From assembly GCA_046290225.1 (NCBI GenBank), contig JBKAGE010000035.1, forward strand, positions 160,001 through 224,000: a stretch of DNA of 64,000 nucleotides, given 5' to 3'. The notes beneath the pieces are model-generated. The model had not been told where the DNA came from, did not search any database, and saw nothing but the letters and a program-made list of their open reading frames with translations. The DNA comes from Bradymonadia bacterium (GTDB lineage: Bacteria; Myxococcota_A; Bradymonadia; UBA7976; UBA1532). Below, piece by piece: positions 42,758 to 53,700 of the stretch. The position numbers were made by a program, and so were the translations under genes. Within the stretch, counting starts at the first letter, position 1. Every line of letters starts with the position of its first letter.

Positions 42758-45700
42758 TCGTGACTGATCCGAGCCTCGATGATCTGCACCCCACCACCGA
42801 ATCCCCCTGGTGGGCTCTGCGCGTTTCGGCAGATGTGAGCGGTGAGGCAGAAGACCTCGCCGCCCTGTACACGCTGCTGTCGATCCACCCTCACCTGAGC
42901 GAGCGGCCATGGTGGGTCGGCACGCTGCCCTCGGGGCTGATGATCTTCACCCACTCCGCCCTCTCCGGGGTGGACGATCTGCACGACTACGGCCTGCCTC
43001 TGTCGAAGGTGCATGTGCTCGAGGGTGAGGCCCACATCTCCACCTCAGGCAAGGCGTCGATGACGATCCCCTGGGGGTCGATGCGCTGTGTGCGCGACCT
43101 GGTCACTGGTCTACGACCGCTGGCCATCCCTGGAGATCCAGTCGTCGCCGAGGCCTGCCTCGTGATGCCCGTCACAGGCCCGAGCGCTCAGATCACCCTC
43201 ACTCGCCTGCTCCGTCTTGGCAGAGCCGATGTACAGGTCTCCCAATGGCAGCCCACGGCTGATGCCTCCGGGCAAATTGCCTTCCGGCTCGTCGACCCGC
43301 CGCTGTATCTGATGATGCGGGCCCGTGACGAAGATGAGGGGATCACTGCCTATGTCCGCCACGAGCACTCGCCCCTCTGGGTCGAATGGGGGCACCGGCA
43401 CCCGTTGCCCGATCTCGCGGCGAGCCGTCTGGGGCAACACGGCCAAAGCGCGTGGGTCGACGCCGACGGCACCTGGCACCGGCGCCCTGCGGACTGGCCC
43501 GAGCGCTCGATCTACGCAGTGGTCGAGGCGGCCCTCCCTGCACACGAGGTGCCCCTGACGGCAGAGCCTCAGACCACAGATCATACGCGCTTCGTGGTGC
43601 AGCTGGGTCTCGAAGCGGCCCCAGTGGAAGAGCCGGAATCATGGCTGCTCACCCTCGACGAGGTCATGTCTCTCGAGAGCCTGGTGGAAGACAGCACGGG
43701 TGCCCTGCTCAACCGCATCACCTTGTCGCGGCTGCACGGCCCCGACGGCCCCGTCCATCTGCTCCGTGTCCGGGGAGGGCACACAGATCGACTGGGCACA
43801 CGGATCGCCGACATCCTCGGTCTACGAGGCTTCACCCCACTCCCGGGCACTGAGCAGATCCTGGTGCCCGTGGGCAAACGCCTCGCTCCCGCCATGCGCC
43901 TCGAAGAGCTGCGACCTCTTCTCGGACTTCAGGGTCGAACCCGCGTCATCGTGCAGGGACCATCAGAGTCGAGATCCTCATCCTCGGGATCACAGGCTGG
44001 TGGTCTGCAGCTCTTCCGGATCCCCGAAGTCGACGAGATCGCCCTCACGCACTTCGTCGATTATGTGGCCACGAGCCACCGCGTAGCCCTCGATGCGCTC
44101 TTCGAACGCAGCGTCTTCGCCTTCGAGTCCATCGAGGTCGATCGCCCGCCGAAGGCCGGCGCTTTGAGCCCACCACCGCCTCCGCCACCGCGTCTCACCG
44201 CCCCCCGCCGTCGACACCAGCTGCGCGCCACGACTCGGCAAAAGCCCGAGGCCGAGGTGGCACAGAAGATGGAGCAGGACTGGAGCGACATCAAAGTGCT
44301 CCAGTCCAGAGTGCGTGAGATCGAAGCCAGCCTCCTCGCCGGCGAAGGCAACACAGACCTCTGGCGAGAGATGGCCCATCTCAAAGGCCGGCTCGACGAG
44401 CCCGACGATGCCGCGGCGTGTATGGAGATCGCCCTGTTCCATGCCGGTGTGCACTGCTTCGCGCCCGGCAGCGACGAGATCGAGGCGTGGGCCGAGCCGC
44501 TCCGAGATCTCGTGGGCTGGCGGTTGAAGAAGCTACAGCTCGACAACACCACCGAGACCCTCGTCGATCTGGCCACCCTCGATCTGCCCCAGGGGCCCGA
44601 GGCCGCCTTCCTCGGCGCGCGCCTGCTCTCAGGCTTTCTCACCCGAGAGACGCTGTTCGATGGTCTCGACCAGCGAGCACAAATCATCTTCAGCGAAGCT
44701 GGCCTGACCGCCTCTCGACGTCTGCAGTGGCTGGTCCTCGCCGCACTGCACTTCGCCCACGACGACGCATTGGGCCTCACCCGGGCCAAAGAGGCCCTGC
44801 TCGGCGCCCTGAACACGCAGGGGCTGCGAGAAGGCGCCGACATTCCCCGGTTCATTCGCTACGCCCTCGCCCTCGAGGGGGGTGATCAGGCCATCGAGAC
44901 CTCGGCGGCCATGAGCACCCAGGCCCATGCTCTACACGGGGCGTGGGCTCTCATGGCGCCGCAGCTCGAAGAGCTCGATGTGCACTCGGCCTTCGCTCGG
45001 GCCGTCTTCTCCGTAGGCTTCGCCCGCCTCGGCCTCACCTCAGACGCTCGCCGCCTCGCCGCCGCGGTGGAGGAAGAACTGCCGGTGCACGATCGGGCCA
45101 CAGGCACGCTGTTGCGGCTATATCTCGCCCGAAGCGCCGCCGTGGGCCTCGAAAACACGAGTGATCCCGAGCAGCTCGCCGAAGCCCGGGCCCTGTGGAA
45201 GAGCGAGGTGTCCGACCTGACCGCCGGGCTCAACACCACCGAGTCCCGGGCGCTCCACGTGGTGCGGAGGTGGTCTCGATGGCTCGCCCTCGATGCCCCT
45301 GAAGAAGACGTCGCTCGGACCTACCTGGGCGCCGACGCCCTGCGCATCCTCGATCACGCTCAGCAGCAGCCCAAACAGGTCGCCGAGGTCATGGGGCGAC
45401 TGCTCGGCGGCAACCGGCTCTCGTCATTGTCGGGTGCCCAGGAAGCCGTGGAGCGGTGCATCAACCTCGCATTGAGCACCGGGCAAGAGCAGGTCATCGA
45501 CGACACAGTGCAGGTGGTGATCCGCCACCTCAATCAGCACTTCGGCACGCCCAGAGCGCGCATGGCTGTGCAAGGGCGCCTCATCGCCGCAGCCGCAGTC
45601 ATCGACGAGGGCGCTCGGGTGGGCCCGCTCATCGAAGACGTACTCACCCAGATGCCCCACATCACCGCCGTCGGCGATTTGCTGCTCGCCGTGGGCCCGG

Positions 45701-46203
45701 CCCTTGAGGCTCTGCGGCGGGTGGGCGTCACCGACCAGGTAGAGCAGTTCCTCGCAGGCCTCAGAGAGGTCGCCGATCGAGGCCACCGGCTCAGCGCCCA
45801 GGTGGCAGGCATCGCCGCCGAGGGATATTGGATGATCCAGGAAGCCGACGTGGCCCGGGAGATCCTCGAGCAGACCCTCGAAGCCATCAGCACCGAGCGG
45901 CGAGATCACGTGGCCCGATTCGAAGCAGGCTCGGCCTTCACCGACGCAGTCCGCCCATGGCCCTCCACAGAGAGGGCCTTGTGGCTCACGCGGCTGCTCT
46001 CGAACCTCGACGTGTTCCGAGACAGCTTTACGTCGAGCAGATACTTCGAGGCTCTGAAGATCTTGATGCTCGAGCGCATCGTGGACACCACCACCGACAC
46101 CGTATCCTTCGCCAGCGGCCGTGTGCGCAGCTGGCTCGAACAAGAAGAGCAGATCATCCGTCGACGCATCATCGCCGACTGGCGCTTACTCTCAGAAGGT
46201 TGA
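42754..46203 (+). CDS. Large hypothetical protein with Pro-rich linker and alpha-solenoid C-terminal half (possible FtsH ternary system component)
   Basis: 1149-aa ORF overlapping the previous stop; PPPPPPP linker; helical L/A/E/R-rich tail. Confidence 0.7.
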   Translation: MIVTDPSLDDLHPTTESPWWALRVSADVSGEAEDLAALYTLLSIHPHLSERPWWVGTLPSGLMIFTHSALSGVDDLHDYGLPLSKVHVLEGEAHISTSGKASMTIPWGSMRCVRDLVTGLRPLAIPGDPVVAEACLVMPVTGPSAQITLTRLLRLGRADVQVSQWQPTADASGQIAFRLVDPPLYLMMRARDEDEGITAYVRHEHSPLWVEWGHRHPLPDLAASRLGQHGQSAWVDADGTWHRRPADWPERSIYAVVEAALPAHEVPLTAEPQTTDHTRFVVQLGLEAAPVEEPESWLLTLDEVMSLESLVEDSTGALLNRITLSRLHGPDGPVHLLRVRGGHTDRLGTRIADILGLRGFTPLPGTEQILVPVGKRLAPAMRLEELRPLLGLQGRTRVIVQGPSESRSSSSGSQAGGLQLFRIPEVDEIALTHFVDYVATSHRVALDALFERSVFAFESIEVDRPPKAGALSPPPPPPPRLTAPRRRHQLRATTRQKPEAEVAQKMEQDWSDIKVLQSRVREIEASLLAGEGNTDLWREMAHLKGRLDEPDDAAACMEIALFHAGVHCFAPGSDEIEAWAEPLRDLVGWRLKKLQLDNTTETLVDLATLDLPQGPEAAFLGARLLSGFLTRETLFDGLDQRAQIIFSEAGLTASRRLQWLVLAALHFAHDDALGLTRAKEALLGALNTQGLREGADIPRFIRYALALEGGDQAIETSAAMSTQAHALHGAWALMAPQLEELDVHSAFARAVFSVGFARLGLTSDARRLAAAVEEELPVHDRATGTLLRLYLARSAAVGLENTSDPEQLAEARALWKSEVSDLTAGLNTTESRALHVVRRWSRWLALDAPEEDVARTYLGADALRILDHAQQQPKQVAEVMGRLLGGNRLSSLSGAQEAVERCINLALSTGQEQVIDDTVQVVIRHLNQHFGTPRARMAVQGRLIAAAAVIDEGARVGPLIEDVLTQMPHITAVGDLLLAVGPALEALRRVGVTDQVEQFLAGLREVADRGHRLSAQVAGIAAEGYWMIQEADVAREILEQTLEAISTERRDHVARFEAGSAFTDAVRPWPSTERALWLTRLLSNLDVFRDSFTSSRYFEALKILMLERIVDTTTDTVSFASGRVRSWLEQEEQIIRRRIIADWRLLSEG

Positions 46204-46208
46204 ACACA

Positions 46209-46628
46209 ATGACGATCACCCGCATCAGCATCGCCCTGGCCCTCGGGGCCCTGCTCACCGCCTGCGGTGGCGGCGAGACAAAGGATCCCGAGACCGCCAC
46301 TGAAGGCTCGCCCCAAACCGCTCCAGCGTCGCAACCCGCAGCGTCACAACCCGCCTCTCAGCCCACGCCATTGCCAGGCACCGGCATCAAGGCGCCCGTA
46401 AACCCCGGCGGCTTCGCCGCAGGCACACCGTGCAAGACAGCCTCCGAGTGCGAGAGCGGGATCTGTGAGGGTGAGGGCTGCGATGGCAAGGGTCCCGTGT
46501 GCGCCGCGAGCGGCCGCATGTGCACCAAAGATCTGCGCCCTTACTGTGGCTGCGACAGCAAGACCTTCAGAACCAGCGGGAGCTGCCCCGGCCGTCCCTA
46601 CGCCCACCGCGGCGAGTGCAAGGAGTAG
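46209..46628 (+). CDS. Cys-rich lipoprotein with Kazal-like C-terminus
   Basis: Lipobox LLTA-C, PAASQ linker repeats, CTKDLRPYCGCD...HRGEC. Confidence 0.75.
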   Translation: MTITRISIALALGALLTACGGGETKDPETATEGSPQTAPASQPAASQPASQPTPLPGTGIKAPVNPGGFAAGTPCKTASECESGICEGEGCDGKGPVCAASGRMCTKDLRPYCGCDSKTFRTSGSCPGRPYAHRGECKE

Positions 46629-46631
46629 ACA

Positions 46632-47471
46632 ATGCCTGAGTTTGCCGAGGTCAACATTCACGTCAGGTGGCTGCAGAGCCGCCTCGACGGCTTTACCATC
46701 AACCGCTTCGAGTCATCGGGGTGGAACAACTTCAAAGAGCTGCCCGACAGCGATCGCGCCACCGTGCCCGCCGACTTCTTCGAGGGCAACACCATCAAGT
46801 CGGTGACCCAGCGGGGCAAGCAGATCATCTTCCACACCACCAACGGGATCGTGCTCAGCCACCTGATGTTCAAGGGGCGGTGGAGCCTGGCGGACGATCC
46901 GTTCACCAGTCACTACCACCACCACAGCAGCCGGCCCACCAGCAACAGCCGCACGGTGATCTTGCATGGCCCCAGCGGCACGCTGGGGTTCCACACCCCA
47001 GAGTACAAAGCCCACCTCAACATCTTCCCCGGCGAGCACGACGCCAGCGCCATCAACAACTTGAGCAAGTTGGGCCCTGACGTCATCACCACCGACGAGA
47101 GCGACGATGGTTTCGCTGATCCGTGGAGTCTGGAGTACTTCCAGAACAAGGCTGGCCGCAGCAAACAGGCCATCAAGCCCTTCCTGCTCGACCAGAAGAA
47201 GCAGGCTGGCCTCGGCAACATGTACGTCTGCGAGTCGCTCTATGATGCTGGTATCGACCCCAGCCGACCGGCGAACTCGCTGAGCACCGACGAGGTCAAT
47301 CGTCTCCACGAGGCCGCCCAGGCGATCGTACAGAAGGCCATCGATCTCGAGCTGGATTACGACGAGATTTTGAGGGTCTACAAACGCAGCTCTGATCCCG
47401 ACGGCCACACCGTGCGCAAGACCACCATCGGTGGACGAGACACCTACTGGGTCCCCGACGTTCAGTCCTGA
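46632..47471 (+). CDS. Fpg/Nei family DNA glycosylase (zincless finger type)
   Basis: N-terminal MPE..EV, RGKQ, HLMFKG, H2TH motif LLDQKKQAGLGNMYVCESL; C-terminal GRDTYWVPDVQ without the four Cys. Confidence 0.9.
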   Translation: MPEFAEVNIHVRWLQSRLDGFTINRFESSGWNNFKELPDSDRATVPADFFEGNTIKSVTQRGKQIIFHTTNGIVLSHLMFKGRWSLADDPFTSHYHHHSSRPTSNSRTVILHGPSGTLGFHTPEYKAHLNIFPGEHDASAINNLSKLGPDVITTDESDDGFADPWSLEYFQNKAGRSKQAIKPFLLDQKKQAGLGNMYVCESLYDAGIDPSRPANSLSTDEVNRLHEAAQAIVQKAIDLELDYDEILRVYKRSSDPDGHTVRKTTIGGRDTYWVPDVQS

Positions 47472-49057
47472 GCGACGTACAGCAGATTCACCGCTGAGTT
47501 CAGTGCCTGCCACAGCACCTCGTCCTCACCATCGAGGGCACACAACGCCAGGGTGAGGCGCTCCACCTCGGCAGCCGCCTCAGGGTACATACGGGGATCA
47601 GGCACTGGCAGCGCCCTCAGCTGTGGTGGGCCCACTCGCAGGTGACCCCCCCTCAACGCCAGGGTGCCATATCGCCAGCGATACCAGGCCGAGGCTGCAT
47701 CGCTGTTGATCACACCAGCAAGGTAGGCCACCGACACCCCATCCACAGGCATCACCACCACCGTGGATTTCGCAGCCAGATATTCGCCCTCGAGATCAGC
47801 CACCGCCTCCAAGCGGCGACTCAGACCAGCCACCACCACCTTCTTTTGTCGACTCTGCTGCAGCCGTGTTGGCGGCAGATCGTCGAGTTGAGGGCGTGCA
47901 ACCACGGGAGATTGAAGACGACGGCCTAAATATCGTAATTTTTTTTTGCCCCACAAAACACACAGCGGATCGATGGTTCCAGTGTTGATCACACGTATGG
48001 AGCATGTATCACCATGACACACCTCGGTCAGAAGAGGTGCCATGGTGTAGGCCTCTGACACAGTTGCACCGCCATGTACCTCTGCAAGTGTCGACAAGTC
48101 AGGATGCGCGTGGGTCAGAGCCCAATCAGGGCCAGAATCCAACAACGGCCATGGGTCAGATGATGATGTGGGTGAGCCAGCTCTCACGGCCCCAGCTCCG
48201 CTGATCTGCACGGGCTGAGGCGAGCGGTTCGTGTCGACTGTCAGCGCATAACCCATTGGATATACACGAGCATCGAAGCCATCTGAGTCGCGGAGATCGA
48301 TGATCTCGGTCAACCCTCCATGGGCGACGAGGCAGCTTCTCGCACCGCGGGCATACTCCGCAGCACACAAGGCGCTGGGCACGATGAATCCATGACGACC
48401 CCCTGCACGTGTCAGCTGGAGCGCCCGCTCGATGAACACACAGTACAAATCCCAGGCCCCAGTGGCCGTCTGATACCCCTGCAAACACAAGCGCCTGATA
48501 TCAGGCGCTTTTTTCATGAGAGTTGCGGCATCGACATATGGCGGATTGCCCAATACTGCGTCAAAACCCGGCCTGGGTCTCGAAAACATTTCTCCGAAGG
48601 CTGACTCAAGGGTCAGCGGATTTTTGTCGACTCCAGAGTATGTTTCAGCCTGAAACAGGCTATTCAGGCAACGAATCTGACTGCGGTGAATTGGGTAGCC
48701 CGCAGCGTGTAAACGGGCAAAGGCAAGATTGACGGCTCGCTCATCTACATCTACACCGGCAATGCACTGGCTGACTCGATGCTTGAGCATTGAAAGTGAA
48801 CTGTCAGCAACACGCGCCGTTCGATCAGGAGGAGTGAGAAGGGTGTGTGTCAGGTAGTCAGCGACGCCCAACAGAAACGATCCATCACCACATGCTGGAT
48901 CGAGGATGCGCAGATTGAGGATGGATTTGGGGTCTTTTTCGGTGGTGAGTGGGTCAAGAATGACCCTGATCAGTACACCCGCCATCTCGGCGTTGGTGTA
49001 ATGCACCCCGAGCGATGGCTCATTTTTGGCTGTTAGCGATGTGATGTGGTCAGTCAT
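47462..49057 (-). CDS. N6-adenine DNA methyltransferase (Eco57I/TaqI-like, gamma motif order)
   Basis: ILDPACGDGSFL (motif I) precedes VLGNPPY (motif IV); DLYCVFIER; YLAGVINS TaqI_C-like region. Confidence 0.88.
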   Translation of the reverse strand: MTDHITSLTAKNEPSLGVHYTNAEMAGVLIRVILDPLTTEKDPKSILNLRILDPACGDGSFLLGVADYLTHTLLTPPDRTARVADSSLSMLKHRVSQCIAGVDVDERAVNLAFARLHAAGYPIHRSQIRCLNSLFQAETYSGVDKNPLTLESAFGEMFSRPRPGFDAVLGNPPYVDAATLMKKAPDIRRLCLQGYQTATGAWDLYCVFIERALQLTRAGGRHGFIVPSALCAAEYARGARSCLVAHGGLTEIIDLRDSDGFDARVYPMGYALTVDTNRSPQPVQISGAGAVRAGSPTSSSDPWPLLDSGPDWALTHAHPDLSTLAEVHGGATVSEAYTMAPLLTEVCHGDTCSIRVINTGTIDPLCVLWGKKKLRYLGRRLQSPVVARPQLDDLPPTRLQQSRQKKVVVAGLSRRLEAVADLEGEYLAAKSTVVVMPVDGVSVAYLAGVINSDAASAWYRWRYGTLALRGGHLRVGPPQLRALPVPDPRMYPEAAAEVERLTLALCALDGEDEVLWQALNSAVNLLYVAQD

Positions 49058-49246
49058 CCCCATCCAATAATGAACCGAAACAGAACAGTGAGCCACATTG
49101 GAACACCACTTCCTTACATTTGTGGCCCATTTTGCATGGCATGGATAATGCTACCTTATCCTACATATCCCCACCCAGCTCCAGCACTGAGGACATTCCT
49201 CTGCTGGCTACGGAGGTGTTTCAGCTGCTCAGGAGGTATGTAGACA

Positions 49247-50671
49247 ATGCTCACGTCTTCAGGTGAATCAATGGGAACGCTCAAGCCCACGGCGCTCCTC
49301 GTCGATGATGACACATTTTTGTGTGAACTGATCAGCCGCTGGCTGGCCCGCGCTGGTTATGCCGTCGAGGTCCACCACGATGGCTCTTCGATGCTCAACG
49401 CCTTGGGTTGGACCCTGCCGGACGTCATCTGCCTCGACCTGGGCCTGCCAGACGCAGACGGTCTCGAGCTCCTCGAGCGATTACGAAGACAGAATCCGAC
49501 ATTGCCCATCATCATCCTCACCGCTGACGACACGGTGGATTCGGTGGTGCGGGCAATGCAGTCGGGTGCATACGACTATCTGCCCAAGCCGGTGGACGAG
49601 ACCAAGCTGCTCACCGCGGTGCGCAACGCTGTCGATCACCACAAGCTGGCCACGCGCCTCGCTGATCTCGAGGCCCAGGATCGCACCACCTATCGTGGGA
49701 TCCATGGCGCCTCGGCGATCATGCGCTCGCTGTTCAAGACCATCGAGCGGGTGGCGGCGCGTGACGTGTCGATCCTGATCCATGGAGAGAGCGGCTCGGG
49801 GAAGGAGCTGGTGGCCCGAGCACTCCACGAGGCGAGTGGTCGCCGGGATGGGCCTTTCGTGGCGGTGAACTGCGCCGCATTCCCCCCGAGCCTCATCGAG
49901 GCTGAGCTGTTTGGTCACGAGAAGGGTGCCTTCACTGGGGCCACCCACCGTCGTGCGGGCTGCTTCGAACGGGCCGACGGCGGTACGATCTTCCTCGACG
50001 AGGTGGCCGAGCTCGACCTCTCGGTGCAGGCCAAGCTGCTGCGCGTGTTGCAGGAGCGTGCCTTCTGCCGCGTGGGCGGGGTGAAGGAGATCCGCAGCGA
50101 CTTCCGACTGCTCACGGCCACCCACAAGCACCTCAGCCAGGCTGTGGTCGCCGGGGAGTTCCGCGAAGACCTCTTCTATCGAGTGGCGGTCTTCGAGATG
50201 CAGGTGCCGAGCCTGAAAGATCGCGTCGAAGATGTGGCTTTGCTGGCCCACCACTTCCTCGAGCAGTTCAGCCTGCATGATCAAACAGAGCCCCTCCGGC
50301 TCTCAGCCGAAGCTCTGGAGGCGCTCAAGCGTTACCCCTGGCCAGGGAACGTGCGCGAGTTGCAAAACGCGATTCAACACGCGGCGGTGATGTCTTCGGG
50401 GGGTACGATCACCCTCAAAGATCTCCCCCATCGCGTGCGGGGGCTCTCCTCGGGGCTGGGTACGGTCATCACGCCCTCCCCCCTGCCAGCGGAGCCCAGT
50501 CACACGCCATTGCCAGCGACCACGCTCGAAGAGATCGAGCGTCAGGCCATCATCGAGGCTCTGGATCGGCACCGGGGCAACGTCTCTGCAGCCCAACGCC
50601 AGCTGGGGATCGGCCGTACGACGCTCTATCGTAAGATGAAGAAGTTCAACATCGAACTTGATCGCGGCTGA
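49247..50671 (+). CDS. Sigma54-dependent response regulator (NtrC family)
   Basis: Receiver domain (LLVDDD, LDLGLP, KP), GESGSGKE, GAFTGA, FLDEV, WPGNVRELQN, Fis-type HTH. Confidence 0.96.
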   Translation: MLTSSGESMGTLKPTALLVDDDTFLCELISRWLARAGYAVEVHHDGSSMLNALGWTLPDVICLDLGLPDADGLELLERLRRQNPTLPIIILTADDTVDSVVRAMQSGAYDYLPKPVDETKLLTAVRNAVDHHKLATRLADLEAQDRTTYRGIHGASAIMRSLFKTIERVAARDVSILIHGESGSGKELVARALHEASGRRDGPFVAVNCAAFPPSLIEAELFGHEKGAFTGATHRRAGCFERADGGTIFLDEVAELDLSVQAKLLRVLQERAFCRVGGVKEIRSDFRLLTATHKHLSQAVVAGEFREDLFYRVAVFEMQVPSLKDRVEDVALLAHHFLEQFSLHDQTEPLRLSAEALEALKRYPWPGNVRELQNAIQHAAVMSSGGTITLKDLPHRVRGLSSGLGTVITPSPLPAEPSHTPLPATTLEEIERQAIIEALDRHRGNVSAAQRQLGIGRTTLYRKMKKFNIELDRG

Positions 50672-50721
50672 CACTCGGTCTTCAGTGGTCGAGCTCATCG
50701 ACACACTGGGAATTTGACGGC

Positions 50722-53700
50722 GTGCAGGTCTCCATCTCATGTGCTTCTCCGGCAGACGCCACCCGACCCGTCGCCGAAGGGTTGTGGACACACCTGGAGT
50801 CCTACCTCGGCGGTGCACCTGATCTGCTCTTCCTCGGCGTCCCACCAGGCCACGATCTCAAGGCCCTGGCCCACGACCTGAACCAACACGCACCCTGGGC
50901 ACGGCTGATGGGGGTTACGTTCCCCCAACAGCCCGCCGGCCACCCGATCACCCTGATGGGCATTCGCGATCCTGGCGGGGCCTTCGGACTCGCCGGAGGC
51001 CCCACTGGCGCTGATGTGAGAGGCACCACCCGGGCGCTCACGGATCAAGCCCTCGCCGATGCACGCCGCGTCGGAGAGCAGCCTCACCTCGTCTGGGTCT
51101 GGTCTCTCCCTGCCCATCAAGAGGAGGCGCTGAAGGGGGTGCGCGATCTGGTCGGCCCCGGGGTACCTGTGGTCTGCTCCCCCATTGATCCAGGCCCTGA
51201 GGGCCGTTTGATGATGGGTCAGCGCCTCTGGGCCGAAGGCATCGTGGTCTCCACCTGGTTCTGGACCCGGCTCCCACGACAAATCGGCGCTCTGGTGCCC
51301 CCGCCAGAGCCCCTGATGCCCGTCCTGCAAGCGCTGGGCGCTCAGCGACAGGCAGAGGTCGCACAGGGAGACGTGGCAGTGCTCGAGGCTGCTGCTCACC
51401 TGGTGGGCACGCCCCTGGGCTCACAGCTGGACCAGTGCCTGCTCGACCAATGTGCCCGGCTGACGGGTGCCGACGGCTGTGCCCTCCTGATCTCTGATGC
51501 TCAAGGGCGCCTGTTCACGAAGGCCTCCACCCACCCGAGCTTGAACGATCGCTTGTGGTCACCTGGGGATCTCTTTACGCGGGTGCTCAATGGCGAGGCC
51601 GTGTCCCTCTTCGACATCCGCCGTGTAGACGAGTGGCGTGGCGGCTCGATCACACCCGGCGTGCGCAGTGCCCTGCATGCCCCTCTCCGGCCCGTCCAGG
51701 CAGGCGAAGCTTCGCCGGGTATGGTGGTCTGCGTGCACACAACGCGCGGCATCTTCACCCCTCAGCTCCGCAACCAGCTCGCACACCTGGTGAAGCTGTA
51801 TCCAGCCTCTGCTGAGACACCTGCCTCAGATGGCTGCTGTGCGCTGGCACAAGGGGCACCTGCTCTCCTCTGGGCGGTCGATGCCGAGCTGCGGTTGGTG
51901 GAATTCAATGTGGCTTTTGCCCAGGAAGCGAGAGCGCTGCTGGACATCGAACCTGTGGTGGGCGCCACGCTCAATGACGAGCTCAGCGCGCTCTATGCCC
52001 AGCTCGACACAACGCGTCCATTGCGCACCATGCAGACCCGCACGGTGAATGGTCAGATCCGCCACCTCGAGCTCACACTTCAGGGCATGGCAGATGACCT
52101 AGTGGTGGGCTGTGCATATGACATCACCGAGCGCACCCAAGCCGTTGACGTCCTCAAAGACGCCCGCGATCGCGCCCAGCAAGCGAGCGCATCGAAGAGC
52201 GATTACCTCGCGGTGATGACCCACGAGATCCGGACACCGCTCAACGCGATGCTCGGCATGGTCGATCTCACGATGGCGACGCCGCTGTCGAAGGAGCAAC
52301 GCGAGTACATCGACAGCATGAAGTCGAACGCCGAGGTGCTCTCGAGTCTGATCAACGACATCCTCGACATCTCGAAGATCGAAGCAGGTCAAATGCAGCT
52401 CGCCCATGCGGATCTCGATCCGGGAGAGCTGGTGGAGCTGGTGGTGCAATCCCTCGCGGAGCGCGCTGAAGACAAGCGGCTACTTCTACGTTGTGAGATC
52501 GACCCTCGGCTCCCCTTCAAGGTCACAGGTGATCCTCAGCGCTTCCGGCAAATCGTGCTCAACTTGGTGAGCAACGCCATCAAGTACACCGATCATGGTG
52601 AGGTGAAGGTGTCTTTGGCGCTCGCTGAAGGCCGACACGACATGGTGAACTTGCGCCTGACAGTCTCGGACACGGGGCAGGGCATCGCCGAGGCAGAGCA
52701 AAAACGCATCTTCGAGCGCTTCTACCAGGGTACGGCGGGGCACCAGAGGAGCGGTGGCACCGGCCTGGGGCTCACCATCACACATACGCTGGTCAACCTC
52801 ATGGGCGGCCACATCACTCTGGACAGCGCCCCAGGCCAGGGGGCGCGCTTCACGGTCGACCTGAGAGTCCCGGTGCACACCTGGCGCAATGACGAGCTGG
52901 CTCATCTGAAGGCACAGCTCGAAGGCGTGCGGGTGTTGCTCGTCGAACGCGATGCCATCATCACGCCCCTCTTCGAAGCCCACCTGCCCAAGACGGCTTT
53001 CTCTGCCGCTACAGATCTGACCTCTGCCCGCTCGATGCTCGAGAGCCAGCGCTGGGATGCGTTGATTCTGGACACGACCTTCCCTGCTGTGGCTCAGGTG
53101 GCCGCCCAGAGTCGGGATCTCTGGCCCGATCGCCCCACATTGCTGATGACCCCCATCAACACACCGAGCGCATCTTGGGCCACGGATCTACCGCGGCTCC
53201 CCCGACCTCTTCAGCGCAAACGCCTCATCGAGGTGCTGAGTCAGACCCTCTCGGGCAAAGGAGCGCACACCGGCAGAGCCATGCCCCTGCCCCGTGCGGT
53301 CCGCCGTGTGCTGTTGGTGGAAGACAACCCCGACAGTCAGGTGGTGGTGAGCCGGATCTTGTCCCGTGCAGGTCACATGGTGGAAGTAGCCGACACAGCA
53401 CAACGCGCCATCAAGAGCGCTCTGACCAACACCTTCGATCTGATCTTGATGGATGTGCACCTGCCGGGCATGGACGGCATCGAAGCCACCCGCATCATCA
53501 AAGAGCGATCCATGGCGATGGGTCGACCCGACGTGCCCATCGTGGCCCTCACCGCCCACGCTACGGCACAGTTTCGGCAAGCCTGCCTCGAAGCGGGGAT
53601 GGACTCTTTCACCGTCAAACCCATCAAGCGTCAGGCGCTGCTCGCCCTCGTGGAGCAGGCGCGCTGGCCTCGAGAGGCCATGGTGCTGACGACGACCCCC

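Noticed and set aside
49120..49140. Sigma54 promoter TGGCCCATTTTGC upstream of the NtrC-family gene
   Set aside because: GG-to-GC spacing is 8 nt rather than the required 10
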